Of a stretch of DNA of 48,214 nucleotides, positions 9,844 through 18,762 are shown one piece after another. The first letter of the stretch is position 1; each line of letters opens with the position of its first letter. The stretch covers positions 1 through 48,214 of the forward strand of contig CAZCVW010000001.1 in the NCBI GenBank assembly GCA_964502185.1, read 5' to 3'. The stretch is from an uncultured Burkholderiales bacterium. Lineage in GTDB: Bacteria > Actinomycetota > Acidimicrobiia > IMCC26256 > BP-133. The notes under the pieces are model-generated. The model had not been told where the DNA came from and made no database searches. It saw only the letters and a program-made list of their open reading frames with translations. A program made the translations under genes and the position numbers.

Positions 9844-10578
9844 TCAGGCTGCCGACGCCACGAGGTAGAGCATGGTCAGACCGAGGGCGAAGCCGACGGT
9901 GTGGGTCAGTTCGTCGCGCCAGTCGATGCTGCGGCTGAGTTCAGGGAGCAGGTCGGCGGTGGCGATGTAAATGAAGTTCCCCGCCGCGAACGGGACGAGG
10001 TAGGCGACGTCGACCCGGCCGGCGAGACCGTAGGCAACGAGGCTACCGGCCAGGAACGTGAGCGCCGAGACGACGTTGAACGTAAGGGCTCGGCGAGCGT
10101 TCCAGCCGCTGTGCACGAGGATCCCGAAATCGCCGAGCTCCTGGGGGATCTCGTGGGCGGCGGCCACCAGCCACGTCACGATGCCGAGGTGCGTCTCGAC
10201 CACGAAGGCGCTGCCGACGGCGAGGCCGCCGACGAAGTTGTGGACGCCGTCAGCGAGCAGGATCAGGTACCCCAGCGGGCGGTGGGCGCCGACGGGGCGG
10301 TGGCAGTGGTGCCAGTGCAGGAACTGCTCGAGCACGAAGAACGAGAACAACCCCGCGGTGAGCCAGCCATACACGACGAGCTCGTTGCCGAGCTCGTCCA
10401 CCGACTCGGGCAGCATGTGGAACAGGGCACCACCGAGCAGGGATCCGGCCGCCAGCGCCACCAGCGGCAGGACCAGCCGATCGAGCACCCGCTCGGGCAG
10501 CACCAGCGTGACGCTCCCCACCAGCGCCAGAGCGCTCATCAGCGAACCGGACACGACGATCCACGCCAGAGTCGACAC
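9844..10578 (-). CDS. ZIP family metal (zinc) transporter
   Basis: HNFVGGLAVG and HEIPQELGDF motifs with multiple TM helices. The start is trimmed to the GTG at 10578 (VSTLAWIVV...). Confidence 0.85.
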   Translation of the reverse strand: MSTLAWIVVSGSLMSALALVGSVTLVLPERVLDRLVLPLVALAAGSLLGGALFHMLPESVDELGNELVVYGWLTAGLFSFFVLEQFLHWHHCHRPVGAHRPLGYLILLADGVHNFVGGLAVGSAFVVETHLGIVTWLVAAAHEIPQELGDFGILVHSGWNARRALTFNVVSALTFLAGSLVAYGLAGRVDVAYLVPFAAGNFIYIATADLLPELSRSIDWRDELTHTVGFALGLTMLYLVASAA

Positions 10579-10822
10579 CGGTGCGGACCCTACAAGGCAA
10601 ACTGACCGGCTCCGTAAGTCGGGGGCTGTCACCGAGGTGCCGGAACTGAGGGTCAGGTGCCGGAGCCAGAGCGTCGCGCGGATACCGACGGTTCCGGCGT
10701 CCGAGGCGGCGTGCTTCCCGGGGCGTCCGAATCGAAAGCGTGTCCCGGGCCCGTCCGGCGAGCCTCTGACCTGGCCTGTAACCATGGCTGACCAGCGCAT
10801 ATACGTGGTGGGGTCGTGGTTA

Positions 10823-10878
10823 CAGCAGGTCAGGAACCGAATGTCTGCGACCGGTTTCGTGTCACGCTCGTGTCACGC
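10823..10878 (+). repeat. a-box-like site plus an 11-bp tandem double box
   Basis: CAGCAGGTCAGG (10823-10834) resembles the CCGCAGGTCAG box of the C-units. TCGTGTCACGC occurs twice in tandem (10857-10878). Confidence 0.5.
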
Positions 10879-11079
10879 CGTCCGCCGCCGGTACCTGTTC
10901 AGCGCCACCCGGCGGACCATGGCGTCCCGGAGGGCGTTGGCGATGTTGACGACGGCGCCGCCGCTGGTCTCGAACATGCGAGGCCCGGCGGCGAGGACGA
11001 CGGACTGAGCCATGAGCGGCTCCACGAGCAGGCCGACGACCTGCTCCCGGGTCAGCTCGCTTCCCGATCCTGCGGTCAC
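10873..11079 (-). pseudogene. possible HK97-type capsid gene fragment
   Basis: 68-aa ORF with good GC3. ELTREQVVGLLVEPLMAQSVVLAAGPRMFETSGGAVVNI resembles the N-terminal region of actinophage major capsid proteins, and the similarity then stops. Confidence 0.3.
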
Positions 11080-11187
11080 GCCTCGGGCACCCGGCCGTCC
11101 GGCGCAGGCGCCACCCGGGCGCCTGGCTCCAGTGTACGAAGCCTGGATGAAGTTTGGGGGCCCCGCAGGTGGGAGCCCCCCAACGAC

Positions 11188-11610
11188 TTACAGGCCGCGG
11201 TCGCGGTTCTCCATCATCGATTGCTGCTGAGTCACAAGCATCGCCTGCATGGTGGCGAGCTGCGTCTTCTGCAGGTGCTCCTGCTTGCGGTGGCCCCGGC
11301 GGATGAGCCGGAAGGGGATCGTGAAGAAGCCGAAGAGCACGACTGTGAAGAAGTACCAGACCGTAATGACGCCGTACATCGCCGCGGCGGCGGTCAGGCC
11401 GGCTGTCCAGGCGAGTGCCGCCTTGACGGGAGTGGTCCCAGTCTTGCGGACCCACGCCGTCATGCGGCGGGTGAACCCGACGTAGCTCATCGCCGACGAG
11501 TACGTCTGCTTCGACATGATCGGCACTTGGGGGATCACGACAGCCGGGCGACTGACCGCTTGGACGGTCTGCCGCTCCGCCACCGGAACCGGCGTATTGC
11601 TCTCGCTCAC
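11188..11610 (-). CDS. hypothetical membrane protein (2 TM)
   Basis: 140 aa with clear hydrophobic helices (GLTAAAAMYGVITVWYFFTVVLFGFFTIPF). Confidence 0.6.
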   Translation of the reverse strand: MSESNTPVPVAERQTVQAVSRPAVVIPQVPIMSKQTYSSAMSYVGFTRRMTAWVRKTGTTPVKAALAWTAGLTAAAAMYGVITVWYFFTVVLFGFFTIPFRLIRRGHRKQEHLQKTQLATMQAMLVTQQQSMMENRDRGL

Positions 11611-11694
11611 TTAACTTCTCCTTAGCAGGGGGATGGAGCACGTTTCCTCATGCCTCGGTGAAATCCTCCGCATGCTTGAGAGAGACGCCGGGAT

Positions 11695-12042
11695 TCATCC
11701 CGATTGGTCGGTCAACGCCTCCTCTCCGACCGGGGATGGCAGGTCCGCCCAGGGCCGGCCCTGTCGCCCCATGTCGACTCCGGCGGGCTCCTCTCCGGCG
11801 GTACCGAGACCCTTGGCTCCCTGCAGGTCATCCGCTACGGCCACGAGGTCACCCTCGTCGTCCGAGTCGACGATTGCGGCGAGATCTACTCCCGGCTCGC
11901 CGAGCCCGGCGACGTCCCGGCTCATCGGCATGGTCTCGATCCGCCGATAGGCGACGTTCCGACGGCGGGCGCCGACGACCAAGCGCCACGGCGGGATCCG
12001 ATCGCCGTCGGCGACGCCCTCGAGCAGCTCCTCGGCAGCCAT
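11695..12042 (-). CDS. hypothetical protein; strand ambiguous
   Basis: Two mutually antisense ORFs (minus 11695-12042 and plus 11704-12081) both show high GC at outer codon positions. Sequence alone cannot decide between them. Confidence 0.3.
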   Translation of the reverse strand: MAAEELLEGVADGDRIPPWRLVVGARRRNVAYRRIETMPMSRDVAGLGEPGVDLAAIVDSDDEGDLVAVADDLQGAKGLGTAGEEPAGVDMGRQGRPWADLPSPVGEEALTDQSG

Positions 12043-12110
12043 CTCGACGGCGTCGGCCCCGGCTGCGCCATCGAGCTGTGAACGCTTCGCCGCACCGGGG
12101 CAGCCAATCC

Positions 12111-12365
12111 GTGTCCAAGGCGGGAGATCTGCCGGCGGATGCACACCTGGACCGAGATCGTCTGTGGACGATCGGGCAGGTGGCGGCTTACCTGCAGGTC
12201 CCCGTCGGCACGATCTACCAGTGGCGACACCGAGGGCTTGGCCCCGTCGGCCTGCGGGTCGGTCGCCACGTCCGCTACCGCAGCCGGGATGTCGAAGCGT
12301 GGCTTGAACGCGCAGCTGCTCCCCAGGGTTCGCCGCCGCTGCGGCGAGCGGGCCGGGGGCGGTGA
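12111..12365 (+). CDS. xis: excisionase-type helix-turn-helix DNA-binding protein
   Basis: LWTIGQVAAYLQVPVGTIYQWRHRGLGPVGLRVGRHVRYRSRDVEAWL is a typical excisionase-family HTH. GTG start at 12111, directly upstream of int. Confidence 0.65.
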   Translation: MSKAGDLPADAHLDRDRLWTIGQVAAYLQVPVGTIYQWRHRGLGPVGLRVGRHVRYRSRDVEAWLERAAAPQGSPPLRRAGRGR

Positions 12366-12420
12366 CTGGTCCCGGCCGATAGGCTCGGGCGTCAGCGGAT
12401 CTGGGGCTCCGCCAGGGGGT

Positions 12421-13584
12421 ATGGCCGATGGCGCATATCGAGAAGCGGGAGGGAAGCGGACCGGCAAGAAGTCCGTGTACTGGCGGGCCCGCTACCGCGA
12501 CCCCACGGGGCGTGAGCGCGTCAAGAACTTCGAGCGTCGGGTGGACGCCGAACGCTTCCTCACCACCATCGAGGCCGACAAGCTCCGGGGTGGCTGGGTC
12601 GATCCCGCGTTGGCCCGCCGGCTCTTGAGCGAGGTCGCCGAGGAGTGGCAGCGATCCCAGGTCCATCGTCCTTCGACGGCCGTCCAGGTCGAGACGCATC
12701 TTCGCCGCCACATCGTCTCCCAGTTCGGTGACCGGGCGATCGGCTCGATCCGGCCGAGCGAGATCCAGGCCTGGGTCAAGGAGCGCAGCGGGATCCTCGC
12801 CCCGGCGACGGTCACGGTTATTTACCGGTACTTGTCGGCGATCTTCCGCATGGCGGTGCGAGATGGACTCATCGCCAAGTCCCCTTGCGTCGATGCCCGC
12901 CTGCCCAAGATTGAGAAACCACGGGTGTCCCCGATGACGGTGGACCAGGTCGAGGCCCTGCTGGAGGCGATCGACCCGCGCTACCGGGGACTGGTGGCGC
13001 TCGGCGCCGGCGCCGGTCTACGCCAAGGCGAGGCCTTCGGCATCACCGTGCCCCACATCGACTTTCTACGGCGGACGATCCACGTAGAGCAGCAGCTCAT
13101 GCTCCTGCCGAAGCAGCCGCCGTTTCTGGCCCCACCCAAGACGGCATCCAGCGACCGCCGTGTCCCCGTCGGCGACTTCGTCGTCCACGCTCTGGCCCGC
13201 CACATGCAGGAGTACCCGACTGCTCGTGCCCTGCGCGCCGTCACCCGCCGGGACGAACCACTGATTTTCACCAACAAGGCCGACAGCCCCCTGAGCCGAA
13301 CGTGGTTCTCAGCCAACGTCTGGCGGCCGGCCACCCGGCGCGCTGGCATCCCCGACGGCCTCACCTTCCACGACCTCCGCCATTTCTATGCCTCCCTGCT
13401 GATCAGCCGGGGATCTTCGGTGAAGGTCGTCCAGGCCCGCCTCGGTCACAAGAGCGCCGTCGAGACCCTCGACCCCTACGGGCACCTCTGGCCCGACGAC
13501 GAAGACCTCACCCGGCAGGCAGTGGACTCGGTGATGATCGGAAGCGGCGCAGGCACGCCGGAAATCGCTGACCTGGAGTCATAA
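12421..13584 (+). CDS. int: tyrosine recombinase / phage-type integrase
   Basis: The N-terminal arm (YWRARYRDPTGRERVKNF), catalytic GLRQGEA (R), HDLRHFYAS (HxxR) and ...DPYGHL (Y) are all present. In-frame ATG at 12421. Confidence 0.9.
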   Translation: MADGAYREAGGKRTGKKSVYWRARYRDPTGRERVKNFERRVDAERFLTTIEADKLRGGWVDPALARRLLSEVAEEWQRSQVHRPSTAVQVETHLRRHIVSQFGDRAIGSIRPSEIQAWVKERSGILAPATVTVIYRYLSAIFRMAVRDGLIAKSPCVDARLPKIEKPRVSPMTVDQVEALLEAIDPRYRGLVALGAGAGLRQGEAFGITVPHIDFLRRTIHVEQQLMLLPKQPPFLAPPKTASSDRRVPVGDFVVHALARHMQEYPTARALRAVTRRDEPLIFTNKADSPLSRTWFSANVWRPATRRAGIPDGLTFHDLRHFYASLLISRGSSVKVVQARLGHKSAVETLDPYGHLWPDDEDLTRQAVDSVMIGSGAGTPEIADLES

Positions 13585-13723
13585 CGCGAGAAGGCCGGCG
13601 GGACGAACCGCCGCGGGAAGTTCGGCAGGCTTCGGTTCGGAGTATCAGCGACCGCTCAGCTACCGGCAGGGCGCTCTTCAGCCTCGACCCGGACGCTCGA
13701 ACCAACCGGGTCGAACGGCGGGA

Positions 13724-14377
13724 GTGGAATTGAGCGATTACCTGCGGCTAGGCGGCGAGCCGATCGGACTCGTCCCTTTCGAGGTACCCGTCCTTTCTGT
13801 CGCCGTGCACCTCGACGCCACCTTCAGCGGACAGGGCGTGATCGCAGTCTCACCCTTCACCGTAGGTTGGGCCATCCGGCGCGTCGGGTGGCGAAGCCGA
13901 CCGGTCACACGATCGTTCCCGATAGCGAAAATCGTGGAGCACCAGCAGCGACCTGGTGGCGGGCGCGTGCGCTACGCGATCTGGTCAGCCGACTGGCGCG
14001 CCGGCCGGCCGCATCCAGTGCGACTTGGGGAAGGAATGATCGACTGGAACTCGGGAGCATCGGGTCTGGCGAGCCTGCTCAACGAATTCATCCAGGAGGC
14101 GATCGATGCCATCCCGTACGGCCTCGATGAGGACCTTTTCCCCGGTTGGTCCGCTGATCAAGACGCTGAAATCTCATTGGCCGAGGTCAGAACGATCGGC
14201 CGCATCATGCAGGGCAGCCAGATCACAGGCAGTGCAGGCCGAGGCGCGTGCGACAACATCATGTCGCGGGGCGCAGGAATTCTTTCGATCCCCGAATGCA
14301 GCGGTGGGTTGACGACACCTCGCTATCGAAGGAGAACCTTGGTGTATCCGTTGCATACGAACTCGCATCGCAGATGA
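13724..14377 (+). CDS. hypothetical protein
   Basis: 217-aa ORF with a GTG start and a globular-looking sequence up to ~14240. The 3' end is uncertain because competing ORFs on both strands cover 14250-14500. Confidence 0.5.
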   Translation: MELSDYLRLGGEPIGLVPFEVPVLSVAVHLDATFSGQGVIAVSPFTVGWAIRRVGWRSRPVTRSFPIAKIVEHQQRPGGGRVRYAIWSADWRAGRPHPVRLGEGMIDWNSGASGLASLLNEFIQEAIDAIPYGLDEDLFPGWSADQDAEISLAEVRTIGRIMQGSQITGSAGRGACDNIMSRGAGILSIPECSGGLTTPRYRRRTLVYPLHTNSHRR

Positions 14378-14526
14378 GGCAGCCTCGCGAGGCGAAGATC
14401 AGCCGCGTCGTGTCGCGCAGAGTCTCCCACTCACAATTCGAGAGCTGGAAGAGGTCATCGTCGGAAGCGACGACGACGTGATCGAAGTTCTGTTGGATCA
14501 ATCGATTCCGTGCGCATTTTCTCTCG

Positions 14527-14817
14527 ATGAGAACTGTGAACGTTCCTGGCCTGTCTACCTCCTTAACAGTGGCCCCCTTTGCTCACGGTGTCTCCGTCGA
14601 ACTGTTCGTGCGATTCGACGAGCGGCCGTCACACAAAGGGATCGACATCGAGACCACCCTCGACGTGGCGCAGTGGGACGATGAGCGGCTGGTAGACGTT
14701 TCGGACACCTTGGGTCCCCACGTCGGGCAGCGGGAACTCGACGCCAATGAGCTCGGACCCGATGAAGCCGCGTGGGATGAGCTTTTCGATTCGCGTCGAG
14801 CGCGCCGAAAGTCCTGA
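14527..14817 (+). CDS. hypothetical acidic protein
   Basis: 96 aa. Third-codon positions are strongly G/C in this frame, unlike the antisense ORF 14629-14841. Confidence 0.5.
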   Translation: MRTVNVPGLSTSLTVAPFAHGVSVELFVRFDERPSHKGIDIETTLDVAQWDDERLVDVSDTLGPHVGQRELDANELGPDEAAWDELFDSRRARRKS

Positions 14818-14869
14818 CACTGACACATGGGTGAACGCCAAAACTCGAGTGCTTCGGACGGTGACGAAT

Positions 14870-15694
14870 ATGGCTAGCAGCGACGCCTACCGCTCCTGGC
14901 TTGCGAGTTTCGAACGAGCCCTACGTGGCGAGGCCAGAGGCGCCGTCCCGCCGACCTATCGCTGGCGCTTTTATGAGGGCGTCGAGCGGGTGCTGCTCCA
15001 ATCGAGCAAGAACAGTCCCGACGCCGTGCATCGGCACTACCGATGGTGGATCGAAACGCCCGAGACGCCCCCAGTGCCATGGCGGCGGTGGTTGGAGGAA
15101 GCGGACCCCAGCGTTGCCGCTGGCGTGGCAGCGGCGGCCGCCGTCTTTGCCCGAGCCACCGATCCGAGCCGTCCGACGCTCGGAGCGGTGCCGGAGCCGC
15201 CGCCGTCTGTTGGGAACTACGCCGAGGAGGTCACCGCCGAAACTGCCGGGCTCTTCTCAGAAATCGCGGCGCAGATCTCGTGTCGCTGGCGCCCGCTCCC
15301 GCCAATACCCGACGCAGCCCAGGCACGAGACGAGCTTGCCCGGTACCTCGAGGAGGTCGCGGAGCGGCGCCGACATCCCTTTTGGCCCGATGATCCCCTC
15401 CCCGATGAACAGGCGGCGAGCAATGCAAAGGGGTTGGAAGCCACCGCCCAGGTCGTACGCGACCTACCGCCAGCTGACGACCGCCTCCAGGCACTCGCGG
15501 AGATCATGGCGAACCGGAACAACGTCCTTCTCGTCTTCGGGGAGTGCGAGAACCTATTGCTCGTCCCTGAGGACGGTCAACCTGGCGACTTGTTGGACAC
15601 CTGGCTGACCAAGTTAGTCAACGCACAACGGGCCGGCTGGGAGGCTGAGGTGGCCGCGGACGCCGAGGAGCAGGGAGCGGTCGGGCCGGAGTGA
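14870..15694 (+). CDS. hypothetical protein
   Basis: 274 aa from the ATG at 14870 (MASSDAYRSW...). No motif recognised. Confidence 0.55.
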   Translation: MASSDAYRSWLASFERALRGEARGAVPPTYRWRFYEGVERVLLQSSKNSPDAVHRHYRWWIETPETPPVPWRRWLEEADPSVAAGVAAAAAVFARATDPSRPTLGAVPEPPPSVGNYAEEVTAETAGLFSEIAAQISCRWRPLPPIPDAAQARDELARYLEEVAERRRHPFWPDDPLPDEQAASNAKGLEATAQVVRDLPPADDRLQALAEIMANRNNVLLVFGECENLLLVPEDGQPGDLLDTWLTKLVNAQRAGWEAEVAADAEEQGAVGPE

Positions 15695-15738
15695 TTGAGG
15701 GGATTCCGAGAGGAGCACACCGCGCGGCTCGTCCGGCT

Positions 15739-15957
15739 GCGACCAAAATGCGACCAAAAAGTGCCCCCGATCTGCGTTTCCGCAGGTCAGGGGCATGATG
15801 GTGGTGAGCCGGCCTGTACGCCGGAGACAGTCAGGCGCACTTCGCTGACCTGCGGAAACGGGCCGATTTGGCCGCTGAGCAGCGGAAATAGATTGTTGTC
15901 ATTTGTGGACGCTCAGCACTGCTCGTGGCTCTTGTGTGGTCCCGATGTGGTCCCGGG
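15739..15957 (+). repeat. structured intergenic unit C1
   Basis: Contents in order: double box GCGACCAAAA x2 (15739-15760), a perfect 16-bp inverted repeat CGTTTCCGCAGGTCAG / CTGACCTGCGGAAACG (15775-15790 / 15845-15860) enclosing hairpin CCGGC-ctgtac-GCCGG (15809-15824), a third box (15875-15890), ATTGTTGTCATTTGTGGAC (15892-15910) and double box GTGGTCCC x2 (15936-15957). Confidence 0.8.
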
Positions 15958-16208
15958 CGTTCATTCCGGCGGCTCGAAGAGCTTGAGGCGGTCCTGTCGG
16001 AAGTCGACGAAGCCCTTCTTATTGAGCGCGACCAACGGCAGCCGGTGTCGGATACAACAGGACCGAGAGCGCATGATCCGGCTCGGGGCGCCGGGCAGAA
16101 AATCAGCCGACCAACAAGCCCGCTTCAGGCCGTCGTCAGCCTGAACGCCGACGCTGTGATCTCTGGGAAGAGAGCTCTTTCCCCTGGCAGCATCGGATCG
16201 GAGAAGCG

Positions 16209-16670
16209 ATGTCGCTGATCACGAGCGTGCCCGCGTTCCGGCTGTGGACGGCCGCCGCCGTCGCTGCCGGGATGGTGGCTGGCCTGGCCGGTTGCGGAGA
16301 CGACGACGACATCACCGTGGCCGGCAAGACGGCGGAGACGGTCCAGGTGACCCTGAGCGACTTCAAGATCGAGCTGGCCACGACCTCCGTGGCCGCCCGG
16401 GAAGTCAGGTTCGCGGTCGAGAACAAGGGCCCGTCGATCCACGAGTTCGTGGTCTTCAGGACCGACTTGGCCGCCGATGCCTTGCCGACCGGCGCCGACG
16501 GCGACGTCGCCGAGGGCGACAGCTTCGCCCCCGTCTATGAGATCGAGGACATCGCCAGCGGCGCCCGTCCCAATCTGACCGTCGACCTCGCCGCCGGCAA
16601 CTACGTCGTAATCTGTAACGTCCCGGCCCACTACCGCCAGGGGATGTATGCCTCGCTGACGGTGGAGTGA
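16209..16670 (+). CDS. cupredoxin-like (type-1 copper) lipoprotein
   Basis: Lipobox LAGCG. Copper ligands are H in SIHEF and C-x4-H-x4-M in CNVPAHYRQGM. Confidence 0.8.
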   Translation: MSLITSVPAFRLWTAAAVAAGMVAGLAGCGDDDDITVAGKTAETVQVTLSDFKIELATTSVAAREVRFAVENKGPSIHEFVVFRTDLAADALPTGADGDVAEGDSFAPVYEIEDIASGARPNLTVDLAAGNYVVICNVPAHYRQGMYASLTVE

Positions 16671-16857
16671 CCCGGCGCTCGGCGGGCTCTCGTCAGAAGC
16701 AGCGGGGCTTGAACCCGCATGGGCTTGCGCCCAGCGTGGGTACGCGTCTACGTGGTCACCGGAGCGGTCCGCGGGTAACTCGTGGCGAGGGCCGGGTCGG
16801 GTATCAGGTGCAGTAGTCCGCTGCCCTCGGGCTCCTGACGCAGACTGACTCGACCCC

Positions 16858-17061
16858 TCAGCGCCACTGAAGCCGGGCTGGTCTTGGACCTGGCTGCGAC
16901 CCTTGCGCCGCGGGTACTGCGAGCAGCCCCAAAACTGGCCTCCGGCGTCCTGACTGACCTCGGCGAGCTGTCCGCAGAACCATCTCGCTGCCGCAGTCAG
17001 GGCACTCGACCGCGCTCACCGGTTTACCGCAGACAGCCCGGGTCGGGCCCGCCAATGGCAA
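16858..17061 (-). pseudogene. topoisomerase-type zinc-ribbon remnant
   Basis: CPDCGSEMVLRTARRG is followed, in another frame, by QFWGCSQYPRRKG. This is the usual CPxCG...FWGCSxYPxC ribbon, broken by a frameshift and with a Cys lost. Confidence 0.45.
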
Positions 17062-17100
17062 TGGTGACAGCGACGCGGTGTCCGAACTCTGTCACCTACC

Positions 17101-17265
17101 GACTGGCCCCGCCACGCGGAGGACGACCAGCAAGGCCAGGTGCTCCATGCCGCCGTCGCGGAGGAGGAGCGTCGCGCAAGGGAGTGGCTCGTAGTCGGGC
17201 ACCCGCTTCCGTCGTCGATCGCCGTCATGTCGAGCTCGACGAGCGGCGCGCAAAGGGCGATCGTT
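17101..17265. repeat. diverged duplicate of the AbiEii-3'-end / PIN-5'-end junction
   Basis: GACTGGCCCCGCCA...GAGTG (17101-17186) closely resembles 18612-18697. The following stretch encodes, on the minus strand, a PIN-like N-terminus paralogous to the one at 18762. Confidence 0.6.
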
Positions 17266-17284
17266 CAACCTAGGCAAACCTTGT

Positions 17285-17584
17285 GTGGTCCCATGTGGTC
17301 CCGAGGCCCCCGTGGTGGCGCCAATCCGGCGGGAGCTGCAGCGTGGGCAAGGACTCGCAGCCCTTGTCGGACAGTACATTATCGGTCCACGTCGGAAACG
17401 AAGCGTTTGTGCTGGTCAGAGCGGGTGGTGGCGAGTCGGCCGATCTGCCGGACAATGTCAGGCGCTCGTCGCTGACTTGCGGAAACGGGCTGATTCAGCT
17501 CTTGACCTGCGGAAAGACATTGTTGTCATTTGTGGACCGCTGGGTTCGGTTGTGGCGCTCTCGTGGTCCCCATGTGGTCCCGGC
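17285..17584 (+). repeat. structured intergenic unit C2
   Basis: Same layout as C1: GTGGTCCC double box (17285-17305), degenerate a-box (17404-17419), hairpin TCGGC-cgatct-GCCGG (17436-17451), boxes at 17472-17487 and 17502-17517, ATTGTTGTCATTTGTGGAC (17519-17537) and a GTGGTCCC double box (17563-17584). Confidence 0.8.
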
Positions 17585-17611
17585 AAGGGGCCGGGCGCCC
17601 CAGATGGGCCG

Positions 17612-17995
17612 ATGCTGCATGATGGTGTCGTGAGCGCAAGACCGGAGTTCGGGCCGCGTGGCGGCTGGTACGCCCCGTACCGAACGATTCACGTTGCGTC
17701 TGATCTCGACGCACTGCGTGCTCCCGTGAAGGGGAAGGTCCGACTGCCGCTCCATCTCGACGCCTCGGCGCAGGCGGAGTACGACCTGGCTGACGCTCGC
17801 CGCCGCTCGGTGTTGTACGAGGTCGTGATCATCGAGGCGTGGAAGGACGAAGACTTCGAGGCTTGGCTCAACCGGGATGCGCTGATCGAGGCGTGGCCAA
17901 CGTTGTACCTCCCCCGCCAAGTACGCGCGGCGTGGGAGACACGCCACCCCGTTCTTCGTGCCCAGGGAGCCGGCCCGGACGTGCCCCGGCCGTAG
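17612..17995 (+). CDS. small protein upstream of AbiEii, putative non-canonical antitoxin
   Basis: 127 aa from the ATG at 17612. Its TAG is immediately followed by the GTG of the AbiEii-like gene (TAGGTG at 17993-17998). No wHTH was recognised. Confidence 0.5.
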   Translation: MLHDGVVSARPEFGPRGGWYAPYRTIHVASDLDALRAPVKGKVRLPLHLDASAQAEYDLADARRRSVLYEVVIIEAWKDEDFEAWLNRDALIEAWPTLYLPRQVRAAWETRHPVLRAQGAGPDVPRP

Positions 17996-18699
17996 GTGGC
18001 CATCGATCCGTTCCAGGCGGAGGTAGCCCGTATCGCGCTGGATGTGGCCGGCCCGCAAGGGTTTGCGCTGGCTGGCGGGAACGCCTCGTCGCGCACGGCA
18101 TCGTGCAACGCCCGACGAGGGACGTCGACCTGTTCAGCAACGACGTGGGCGGGCCTGGAGCTGTGACCGCCGCTGTCCAGGCGGCTCTGGAAGCCGCCGG
18201 TTATCAGGTTCTGATCACCCGTCCCCCGGAACTGAACCAGGGGGAGTTCTCCCAGATGGTGGTCAGCCGCGGTGACGACTCCATGCAGCTCGACTTGGCC
18301 CGTGACTGGCGTCGGTGGCCACCGGTCGAACTCCAGGTCGGTCCCGTGCTCCACCTGGACGACGCAGTGAACTCCAAGGTCAACGCCATGGTTGGCCGCG
18401 GCGCTGCCCGAGACTTTATCGACGTCGCCGCCGCCATTGGCTATGGCTACAGCCGGGCCGAACTGCTGCGTCTCGCCTTTACTCGCGACCCTGGCCTACG
18501 GGTGCTCGACTTCGCGTACGCCATGCACCAGCTCGACCGGTTCGGCCCCGAGGCGTTCGTCGACTACGGCCTTGACGGCGATGCGGTATCCGGGCTGCGC
18601 TCCCGCTTCGCCGACTGGCCCCGCCATGAGGAGGATGACCAAGAAGGCCAGGCTCTCCATGCCGCCGTCGCCGATGAGGAGCGACGCAGAAGAGAGTGA
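17996..18699 (+). pseudogene. AbiEii/AbiGii-family nucleotidyltransferase toxin, one frameshift
   Basis: VAIDPFQAEVARIALDVAGPQGFALAGGNA in one frame continues as LVAHGIVQRPTRDVDLF... in the next. The break is at a CC/CCC run near 18085 (AACGCCTCGTC where AACGCCCTCGTC is expected). Confidence 0.7.
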
Positions 18700-18762
18700 G
18701 CCCGAGGGGGCCCGGCACTTGTGAATGGCTGACGCCACGTCGGTGTCGATGACAAGGCGCAC
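18700..18762 (-). pseudogene. PIN-domain (VapC-like) N-terminal stub
   Basis: GTG at 18762, 6 nt after the VapB-like stop. (V)RLVIDTDVASAIHK is a typical PIN start, and the frame then runs into the AbiEii 3' end. Confidence 0.35.

Noticed and set aside
11704-12081. Plus-strand 125-aa ORF upstream of xis as a definite gene.
   Set aside because: It is exactly antisense to an equally plausible minus-strand ORF. GC at both outer codon positions is about equal, and neither has a convincing RBS. It is left as ambiguous.
16702-16718. T-arm-like hairpin GCGGG-GCTTGAA-CCCGC after the cupredoxin gene.
   Set aside because: No cloverleaf can be built around it. It is more likely a terminator-type hairpin, and it lacks a U tract.
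15695-17633. Apparently conserved peptide (...GGEPACTPETVRRTSLTCGNG...) in ORFs running through units C1, C2 and C4.
   Set aside because: Differences between copies hit codon positions 1, 2 and 3 about equally, and the same peptide appears on both strands because of the inverted repeats. The conservation is therefore at the nucleotide level, not the protein level.
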